A DNA stretch of 62,119 bases, the filler included. It is 11 parts of 11 records of this genome, joined end to end, with 100 filler letters (N's around TTAATTAATTAA, not from the genome) between each part and the next. Parts side by side here need not be neighbours in the genome. Positions count along the whole stretch, not along the records: positions 12,284 to 16,440 come from SRR15195285_459; positions 16,541 to 20,836 come from SRR15195285_466; positions 20,937 to 30,423 come from SRR15195285_469; 8 more parts are not named here. One strand, given 5' to 3'. The notes beneath the pieces are model-generated. The model did no database searches, had not been told where the DNA came from, and was given only the letters and a program-made list of their open reading frames with translations. Numbering within the stretch: position 1 is the stretch's first letter; every line of letters begins with the position of its first letter. Shown one piece after another: positions 12,184-21,643 of this stretch. The position numbers were made by a program, and so were the translations under genes.

Positions 12184-12283
12184 NNNNNNNNNNNNNNNNN
12201 NNNNNNNNNNNNNNNNNNNNNNNNNNNTTAATTAATTAANNNNNNNNNNNNNNNNNNNNNNNNNNNNNNNNNNNNNNNNNNNN
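12184..12283. other. Artificial contig-join spacer
   Basis: N44-TTAATTAATTAA-N44, preceded by a 26-G run (12158-12183). Confidence 0.99.
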
Positions 12284-12343
12284 GAACGGACGGGACAGGC
12301 GCGGCCCGCGGTGTAATTGTGGCGGCGTGACGACTCGGGCGGG

Positions 12344-13974
12344 ATGCGTCTGCAGACGCTCGCCCTACTAGTAAATGCGTTCGCCTGCAGCGGGTCGTTG
12401 ACTGCACACGTGGAAGGTGACTCACTCGGAGGCGGAAAGCTCGTGGAGCAGCCCTTGTTGCGCCAGTGGCAACTCCACCGCTCTCAGACATCCGTGGGTG
12501 ACGACTCGTGCGCAGCCCATCGATCCCAACTGGGATGCGATCTTCACCCGTTGGAATGCCACTGGGACCGACAGATGAGGCGCTGCGAGTCCAAGTCGAC
12601 TCCTCCTGATCCCGCTCCCGGTCTGCCCACTCCACCGGGGCCACCAGCCCCAACACCAGGACCGTCACCGTGGGCCACGTGGACATGGAACGCAAACACA
12701 ACCGTGTATCACGACCCGTCATTCGGTGGCGCTGGCATTGCGAGCGATCCTGCGGTTGTCTACGACAACGCTGCGGGGCTCTACCACATGTATTACACGT
12801 GCATCGATTCGAATCCTGCGCCAGTCAATTTTCACCTGCTGATCTGCAGCGCCACCAGCCCAGATGGTTCCAAGTGGACAGTAGCTCAGGGTAGGAAAGG
12901 GGGGCACTCCAAGCAGGTGGAGGGTGTCGCACTTGACTGGCAGGATGCCTGGTACACCGATCTGGAAACTGCCTATGTGTACCTGGACGAGTTGGAGCGT
13001 TTGGGCAAGGGGCTGCGCTGGGTCATGTACGCTGATGGGTATGTGCGGCCCCGGACTGGAGATGTACGCACCACGAGAGACGACTGGCAAATTGCCGCTG
13101 GTAGTGTTAACCTGCTAACGTGTCTGAATGGGTGAGTTGACTGTTGGTGCAGGTGATGGATTCCGATCTTGTGATGGCTGTCTCGAGCGACGGCTTGACT
13201 TTCCGTCCTTGGCCGCTACCACCTGAAAGACCCATGCGCGGCTCTGTCCTCCCTAGGACCCAAGGCGGGTGGGATAACAACCAGCAAGCATCACCGACCC
13301 TGCTCACCGATCCTCGTGACCCAACGAACGCCACGGTGCTGATGCTGTATGTAGGACACTGCACTGTCAATTGCACAAAGACTGGTGGTGCGAGCTATTG
13401 GTTCGGCATCCTTGGGGCAAGTAGTCAGGATCTCGTGCACTGGAAAAAAGAAACTGGGCCAGTTGTTCCCTGGGGTGGATCTGTGCCTGAGTGGGCAGTG
13501 TTCAATGGGGAGCCCGGATGGATCTATGGCCCCGACGGCTACTTCTATGTCTTTCCAAGTGGTGGCTTCAACGTCCAACCACCAGTGGAAAACTTCGGTG
13601 CGTTCTGTCAGCCTTGGGAGGAGAGACCATTCTTTGTTGTTACTTTCTTCACACGCTGTATTGGATCGTTGCGTCGTCCATTTGATGTATTCGTAGGTAT
13701 TGCGCGCAGCAAGCAGCCTTTCAGCGGGTACGCTCCCCTCAGCCAGTCGCCTATTGTGACCCATGGTCCACCAGGCTCAGCTTCGGCAAAGGCTGTTTTC
13801 GCGCCCACTGCGATGCTGGACCCTCGAGCAGGTGTGGCTGGTACCTCAGAACCGGGGCAGCTCACCGCACGAGTGTGGTTCTTCCAATCTACGGACTGCA
13901 CTGGCTGGTGTCCAGTCACAATCAACGAAGCAACCGCCCCATGGCCGCTGTTCAAGAGCGACGCCGCAGAATGA
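12344..13974 (+). CDS. Secreted five-bladed beta-propeller glycoside hydrolase-like protein (GH43/32/117/130 superfamily); join(12344..13063,13153..13597,13697..13974)
   Basis: Signal peptide MRLQTLALLVNAFAC and a Pro-rich linker. Blade motifs ASDPAVVYD..YHMYYT, ATSPDGSKW, AVSSDGLTF, SSQDLVHWKK, EPGWIYGPDGYFY, GIARSKQPFSGY. GT-AG introns 13064..13152 and 13598..13696 keep the frame. Confidence 0.8.
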
Positions 13975-14130
13975 ATCGACACTTGTCCTAATCCATAGCG
14001 GTTGCGGCGTTCGGTGAAACCGTGCAACATGATTGCATAATCAGTTTCATTTCGCAATGATTGTTGCAGGTGCAATCCAACGAGCGCGTGACATTGCCAC
14101 CACAGCATGTGCAGAAGCATGCAGATGACC

Positions 14131-16192
14131 TCAGTCAATCTCAGGGTCCTGGAAAGGTGTCTCGCCAGGTGGCACCTTGCGCCGTTTCATCTCACGCTCT
14201 TTACTCGTATCTCCTCCCTCTCCAGTGCCCCTTCCTGCTCCTCCGCCGAAGCCCCTACCGCCAACACCAGCCCGCATCATTTGCCCCATAAGCTCGTTGA
14301 GATCAAACTCTGGCGATGCCGCAGATCGCCGGTCTTCGCTGCCGTCCACTGCTCTGCCCATCAGTCGCTTTTCGAGCGTTGCTTTTTGGAGGGCGTCAGA
14401 GAAATTTCGTGCACATACCGCCTCCTTGCCCTCTCGCACCGCAAGCATCGCCTGCCGAACAAACATGCACGTCAGTAGACTCACATTACATCCACAGACG
14501 ACACGGGCGCTAGCATATGAACGTGCTAATGATTGATTATTATTTTGCATTGAGAATGGTTTGGGCCAGACGCCACAATCATACCGCCTCGTTCACCAAA
14601 TTTGCTAGATCTGCTCCGGAGAAGTCGACTGTCTTCGAGGCAATATCTCGCAGACGCAGCGGATCATCTGGTGAGGCAGGCCCGTCTTGCTGCCGACCAC
14701 TGGAGCTGTGCCGGCTAGTCGGCTGTAGGTCAGGTCCGAGATCGACGACTTCAGGATCCTCATCCACGTCGTCCCGTTTGTTCTCAGCTGCCTGCTCATC
14801 GTCACCGTCACCTACCTCAATCTCTACAGCCAGACGAGCAGCATGCAGCGCGAGGATAGCATGTCTGCCTTCTTGATCAGGCAGCGGCACGGAAACTTTC
14901 CGGTCGATGCGACCCTGCCACACCAGCGTGCAATTCAGAAATTTCCCAATCAACACACAGACCTCTTCGAGCGCACCGGACGTGTCAGCGCAGGGTCAAG
15001 CATCTGAGGCCGATTCGTCGCCGCTAGCAGAACTACACCTTCACCAGGCTCGAAGCCATCTAGCTCAGTCAGCAATGCGTTGAGAGTCTGTTCGCGCTCG
15101 TCATTTGCGCCACCCCCACCGCCCCCAGGCCGCCCGCCCGGAGCGCCAGAGCGTGCCCCGCCCAGTGCGTCGATCTCGTCGATGAAGACGATCGCAGGTT
15201 TGGCTTTTCGTGCGTCTGAAAACAGCTGTCGCACTCTGGAGGCACCCAGGCCAACGTATACCTCGACAAAATCGGAGGCTGAACAAGAGAAGAATGGCAA
15301 CCCGCACTCGCCTGCCACTGCGCGTGCAAGTAGGGTCTTGCCGGTGCTGGAGGGTGAGACACCAGCGGTGCAAAGAAGTGACACGATGGTCAGCCGAACT
15401 GATGCGCGTGACTAGCTAGACAGATACACATGGTCACGTGCGCTGATGCCAACGATTGGAGGTAGACCTACCCTGACGGTCCCACCAGGAGGGCACCCTT
15501 TGGCATTAGCGCCCCTAGCTTGTCGTAGCGCGTTGAGTCACGCAGGAATGACACGATGTCGAGCAGCTCGCACTTCGCGTGGTCCACTCCTGCTGCATCG
15601 CCAAAGGTTCTAGTCGACTTTGTGTCGAGTTGACGGTCCTGCCGCTTGCCAACCGGCTTTCCCTTGCTGCCGGGCTTGGAAGCGGAGTACATCATGTACC
15701 CAGCCATCAGCAGGTATACAAATGGTAGAGCCAGCACGAGGTACGGCCCAATCCGGCGTACGGCGGGCTTTTTGGCGAGACCAAACTTGACGCCGTTGGC
15801 ATGGAGCAGCGGAAGGAGCGTTTCATCCGAGAACCGATCGGTCATGTAGCTGATTCCCGCCTTGGTCAAGTACATGACCGAATCTGCCCCCAGCGACACG
15901 CGTTCGATCTGACCTGCCTCAACCAAGTTTAAAAAGTCGGAATACCTGCTCCGGCCAATCATTCTCTTCATCAACCGCAGCGAAACAACAGAATGCAAAA
16001 CGTAAACAGGCCTGCACGAGGAAAGCTGCATCACTCGTCACGGAACAGCTACAGGGCACTCTCAATCGCTGGACCAGCGCCAGCAGCCGCAACGCGACGG
16101 CGGCCGAAGAGGCGCCGACCCAGCAGCAGTGCAAGCAGCGCTGCGGGGAGAATGCGCAGCCGGCTGACTAGCCACGGTGGAAATCTCGACAT
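14131..16192 (-). CDS. ftsH: FtsH-family membrane AAA ATPase without the M41 protease domain; join(16192..16053,15945..15472,15346..14977,14914..14585,14451..14131)
   Basis: YSDFL extracellular motif, TM segment, TFGDAAGVD, Walker A GPSGTGKT (across a splice), Walker B IVFIDEID, pore loop [49 protein letters not shown]. Four frame-consistent GT-AG introns. Confidence 0.9.
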
Positions 16193-16440
16193 TTTGCAGA
16201 TTTTGTCCCTCGCTGCTCGGGCCAGACTGGGCGGACACGCAGCACTCAGGCTGCTGCCCCGAGGGGACACGCGACGGAGCGCAGCGGCGGGTCCTGAGGG
16301 CACCCCCGCGCCGACAGATAGAAGACCCCCGGCGCGGCCACCTGACGGGACGGACCTGCACCTGGCGCCCCAGCACCGGCGCGGGCCAGCAGCATCAATC
16401 AGGCCTACGAATGCATGTGCCCAGGTTGAAAAGAGTGATT

Positions 16441-16540
16441 NNNNNNNNNNNNNNNNNNNNNNNNNNNNNNNNNNNNNNNNNNNNTTAATTAATTAANNNN
16501 NNNNNNNNNNNNNNNNNNNNNNNNNNNNNNNNNNNNNNNN
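16441..16540. other. Artificial contig-join spacer
   Basis: N44-TTAATTAATTAA-N44. Confidence 0.99.
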
Positions 16541-17172
16541 GCTGTGGCCGGCTGCACTCGCTGGGTGTGGCAGCTCAGCGCCCATGGTTGGTCTGGAGAG
16601 CAATTAATCGTGGTGTTCGAGCCAGGTAAGACGCTCGGACGTACACTGTCGGCATCAGCACGGGAGCAGTGGCCGAGTTGCCGTCTTTGTGAGCGATCGA
16701 ACAGCAGCCACGTCCCAATCACCCGCCAAGAAGGGGTTTCTGCGTTTGTGTCGCTGCAGGTGATCTGCTGGCTTCCCAACCCGGCTGGAGGGGTCCAATT
16801 AACAGTGCTATCCGTATATCTCTATTGCCGTGCGTCAAGTATTTGACACGGCGTTGTGAGGATTCGATGGATCATCCTGTGGGCCATCAGGGGTGACTGA
16901 ACCAGACTTGATCCAGGTTGCGCACAGGTCAGACGAGGAAGGGCTGGTGATGCTAGTCGGTGCCCATCGCAGACTGCCAGGCAAATAGTGGGTAGGGTAC
17001 TATGCACCAGTGTTGCGTTACATTGCGTGCCGCATGAGCTCGTAACCTGCTTTGTAGGTCGTGAGCGATCCTCTTAGCGCCCCTCGGTACTAGTACGTCC
17101 TCTAGGGGGGGTGCTGGGCCTTGTCGTCCAGGCGTGTCGGCACACAAGTGATGCTAGTGGGTACTAGCGGCG

Positions 17173-19201
17173 TCATGTATTGCTAGTACCCACACCATCG
17201 CTGCTAGTGCCGTCGGTTCGAGGCCGCTTGCCAGCCCTTCCATGCACGATCACGTGTTCCTCCTCGGCATCCACGTCTTCGGACGCGTCTTCACGCTGCG
17301 GGGACTGCTCACGCTGCGCGGACTCTGGTCGCTGCGATTGCTGTGCGCCCTCGGGGGCCGACTTCTCTCGAATTGAATCCGGAGCTTCCCCATCGTCTGC
17401 GCTGCTGCCAGTAGTTGCAGCCGGCCCAGCCTCCGAATCAGAGTCGGACGCAGAGGTGCTGTCCGCCTCCTGATCGTCTCCACTACCGCCACCCTTTGGG
17501 TCGAAATCATCGTCGTCCTCCTGAGCGCACAGCAGTGTCCAGTACTTGGCGTGCGCGGACACTGTCTTGCGTATCGCCCACCGTGCGCCTTTCGTTGGTC
17601 CGAGCACCTTTCGTGACTCGTGACTCGGCACGGGAGTCGGCATCGGAAGCGTGATGGACGCGCGAGGCAGCTCCAGACCGGGTGCGACAGGGTCGCCTAG
17701 CAACGTCGCCACGCAGGCCGCGGAGGACTGCGAGATTGACCGCAGGTTGTAGCCACCCTCGAGAGCGATGACCAGCTTGCCGCCAGCGAGGCCCATCATG
17801 AGCGAGGTCATCATCGCATAGCCGCCCGGCGAGATTGCACACCCTCCGAGCGGGTCGCCATCTGCTGCGTCGAATCCCGCAGAGACGAGGACTAGGTCCG
17901 GCTGAAATTGCGTCGCACAGGGCAGCAGCACGCTATACCAGGCGGCGGCGTACTCTGCATCACCCATACCCCCGTGAGGCCAGCCGATATTGATGTTGAA
18001 GCCAGCTCCCTTCCCGATTCCCACCTGCTCCGGACCTCCCGCTGGGCCTCCGGGGTAGAACTTGCCCTCGTCGAAGCGGTGTGGGCTGAAGTACAGCACA
18101 CTCGGGTCGTCGATAAACGCCGTCTGCGTGCCGTTGCCGTGGTGGACGTCCCAGTCGACGATGAGTACCTTGTTGCAGCTCGCGACCTCGCGCTGCGCGG
18201 CGCGCGCCGCTACGGCGACATTGTTGAAGAGGCAGAAGCCCATGCTGCCGCAGCAGGTGTCTGCCCACGGCATTCGTCCCGCGGCAATCAGCTCCTCGGC
18301 ACCATGCGGCGGAGCGATCGCTGCGGCGGAGTGCAGCGCGTGTGGCGGCTCGGCGTGATGCCCTGGCGGCCGCACGACAGCGTACCCGTTCCGGTACCGC
18401 CCGTCAGCGACGGCGATCGCCATTTCCGCAACGCTGCCGCAGGAGAGCAGCGCCGCCTCCCAGCTGGCCTCGACGGCGTACGTATCCGAGCGGAAGTCCT
18501 TCGCCTGCTCGCAGTGCTCCTTCACCGTTCTACAGTGCGCTGGCGTGTGGACCAGCTCCAGCTCCGCCGCGGTGGCCTCGCGCGCGGCCATGACCTCGCA
18601 CCGCTGCCACAGCCCGCACGCTTCGAGGTGCTGGCGGATGGCGCGCAGTCGGTCTGGGCGCTCCGGGTGCACGGACTCGCGCTCCTCCTTCGCGTGCGCG
18701 AGCATGCGTGCATCATACACGACCGCTGTCCCCGGGAATGGAGCCCCGCTGCTGCCACCAGCGCCGGCGCCACACGGTTGGCAGGTGAACAGCTTCGCCA
18801 AATCCGGCTCTTCCTGGTCGCCGGACTGGCGCTTGAGCCGCGGCAGTCCGCAATCCTCGCACTGATCACGGAGATGGCCTTCTTCCACCGGCTCCCCAGG
18901 GCGCATGATCTCGACATACCTGCTCCGGTCAGCGATAGTGTCAACCAGCGAAAGACACAGCCAGAGAGACCGACGCACACAGCCAGCCGCAGCCAGCCAC
19001 AGCCAGCCACAGCCAGCCACAGCCACGAAATGTTGACCGGAGTTGGCACTCTGCGGTGGGCTGCCTGGCGCAGAGGCAGTTCGCGCAGGTCCAGAAGAGC
19101 TCCGGCCGCACGATGTGGTGCAGGAACGTCGGCAGCCTCCGAATCGTGTTGGGGTCCGTGAGGTCCAGCGTCCCCAGGAACGCCTCCAGCTCCGGGTCCA
19201 T
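17173..19201 (-). CDS. Class II histone deacetylase with N-terminal RanBP2-like zinc finger and acidic tail; join(19201..19038,18919..17173)
   Basis: HPERPDRL, RPPGHHA, GFCLFNN, DWDVHHGNGTQ, SAGFDAADGDPLG, LEGGY. Intron 19037..18920 (GTCAAC..GGAGCAG) joins MDPELEAF...QLR to YVEIM in frame. Confidence 0.92.
18956..19027. repeat. Intronic tandem repeat (ACAGCCAGCC)n
   Basis: About five imperfect 10-bp units inside HDAC intron 1. Confidence 0.8.
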
Positions 19202-19308
19202 CGGCTCCGCAGCGTGCCGTGGCTTCCCGGGTAGAAAACACGGCGACCACTCTCCCCCAGCGGCGCTGCTCTCAGGGCGCCATCTTCACCGGCATTTCTC
19301 GCAAAATT

Positions 19309-19853
19309 AAGCGCCGGGGTGTTTTGATCTGAAAGTTTGGTGCGGTCTGTACTGGGAAATGGTACCATTCTGTTGAGGTCGATTGAACCCGTATGGTCGA
19401 CTCGTACTAGTAGCCCTACAGTAATACGCTACAGTAATACTGCGTATGAATCGTATGGCCTTCTTCGGGCTGCCGATGGGACGGAGTGCGTGCGCACGAA
19501 TAAGGCGAATTTCAGTACTAATGCGTTCCGACGCCGCTGTTCATGCGTTGGTGCGGAAGCGGAAGGAGCAGAATCACCCGAATTCCCCCTGGCAGGTTGG
19601 CGGCGCTTCACGTCAATTTACAGCATAGTCTCGATGGAAATAGTACGAGTTTTGATGCAGTCTGAGAAACGCTCGATTTCGTCCTCCTGAGTGTGCTGCA
19701 CCAGCATCGTCCTCGTCAGGAACAAACCTAATTTCAATACTATAATCGACAATCCCCTCAGAAAGAGTGCGTACCAGTGAAACAGGATCTAGAATGGTAC
19801 TATTTTCCAGGATTGACTGCACGAAATTTGAACAGAAAAATACCCCGGCGCTT
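19309..19853. mobile_element. MITE-like element with ~63-bp imperfect terminal inverted repeats
   Basis: 19309-19371 aligns without gaps to the reverse complement of 19791-19853 at 49/63 identity; the outer 12 bp (AAGCGCCGGGGT) match perfectly. No convincing internal gene and no clear TSD. Confidence 0.6.
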
Positions 19854-20754
19854 GGGCACCATAACGATCAAAGAAATCATCCCGGCGCTTGAATGATTGC
19901 AACAGATCGAGTTTTCTATACTGTTTTTGCATCGTAACGAACCAGAGAGCTCATTCCGGTTTCAGACATCCCACGGTATAATCTGGGCTTAGGATTACTC
20001 ACTGAGGAATCGAGTAGGCCCCTCTGATCGCCTCGATCGCTGGGGTTTGGAAACGTAATGACCAACAAATTTGTGTACTTTTCGCCGAGGATCGCTCCGG
20101 TTGAGTCGATCAAAAAACAGAGCGGAACCCTAGCGACACTGATTTCAGGAGTGATTCGCGAGACAAAGCAGCGATATCGAGTCTGTCAGGCCGGTCCACT
20201 GCATTTATCAGCGAGTTCTCCATACCCCAGAGAGATTTCACTCACCGTGGATCTTCAAGATCCGACAGGGAGAGCGTATACAAAATTCCAGTGCTCTCGG
20301 ACACAGCACACGTCCATCCAATCCCGTCTTTAGCGAACACCACGGTGCTTTACTCTCTACCGAACTAGAGCTCCCGGCGTGGACGAAAGTACCGTATGTA
20401 CTTGGATACTCGAAATGGTACCATTTTCCAGTACTGCAGGATTCTGTGTATGTAGATATCATGATTGTCGGAAATGTGCGAGTCAACCTTCAGTGGACAG
20501 TACGTAACTCAATTATACTGTTCCAGTGAGCCGCGTCTACCAGTACTGCACAATTCTTGCAAACCAGAAAAACACACTGGTTCACAATCCGGTTCTGAGC
20601 GTGTTCCATCATCAATCACACCCTCTCATCAGTCAGACAGAGAGTCTAGTACACTGGTACTAGTAGCGTGTATTTGGTCGAAAGCGGGAAATACTCAGCG
20701 GGAATTCACTGTGAGTCTCAAGGCGGTAAATTCACACTGCCGGTTACGTACAGA

Positions 20755-20836
20755 CGACGGCGACGAAGGCGCCGGAGGTGGAGCTGGTGGAGGCGGTGGA
20801 GGCGAAGGCGGTGGTGGTGGTGGTGGTGGTGGAGGC
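20755..20836. repeat. (GGT/GGA/GGC)n triplet tract; poly-Pro on the minus strand, possibly the tail of an off-contig gene
   Basis: Minus strand reads PPPPPPPPPSPPPPPPAPPPAPSSPSS up to the contig edge. Confidence 0.5.
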
Positions 20837-20936
20837 NNNNNNNNNNNNNNNNNNNNNNNNNNNNNNNNNNNNNNNNNNNNTTAATTAATTAANNNNNNNN
20901 NNNNNNNNNNNNNNNNNNNNNNNNNNNNNNNNNNNN
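20837..20936. other. Artificial contig-join spacer
   Basis: N44-TTAATTAATTAA-N44. Confidence 0.99.
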
Positions 20937-21643
20937 CGGCCCCGCCCTAGCGCTAGCGATGCAGCGAGTAGTAGAGAAAAGGGGGTCCCAGCCCAACAGT
21001 GAGAATCTGAGTCACCATTCTCCTTGCGTCAGATTGCGTGCTAGTCTTGACGCAACAATGTCTGATGCTGGCCAACTCCTTGCAAGCTCAGCGCTCTGCA
21101 AGTAGATGTCACTAGCTCACCCAGCAAATGGCAGCTGATAACGCTCGGTGCGTGCCCCACTCTAATCACCCTCGACCTCTAGTAGTACCACACCCAGCGA
21201 TGAGCCGATGACGCGCGTCCCGCGGCGCGCGCGTGCGCCCTGCGCATGCATGATGGCGCGCGAGCGCCCGAGCGGGATTATATACCATTCATAGTATCCA
21301 TGATCAACATTATTGCCGGTACTTGAGTACAGTACCATATACTGTATGATCAATTCCTGATCCTGGCATGAATTTGCCCAACGGTCAGGGTCACCCGCGG
21401 GGTGTCGGATTGACCCGGCGCCGATTGCTGACACGCGCGCTAACACGCAACAGTCGCACGCGCAATTTGACGAGAGGACAGCGAGCCTACCGGGGCACTT
21501 GAACCGGCTGTACCGTGTACCCCGTTGCCGGCACGCCGATCAGAAAATACGAGCGTTCCCATGCAGGTGCGCCGCGCGTGAACGATTGGCGCACGGGCCC
21601 GCCCCCGTTCGCTCGCTCGCGCACTCCGTGAACGAAGTGCGGC

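Noticed and set aside
16541-16895. Possible 3' exons of a plus-strand gene (donor GTAAGA at 16626, acceptor at 16759)
   Set aside because: The splice signals are plausible but the translation is unrecognisable; too weak to call.
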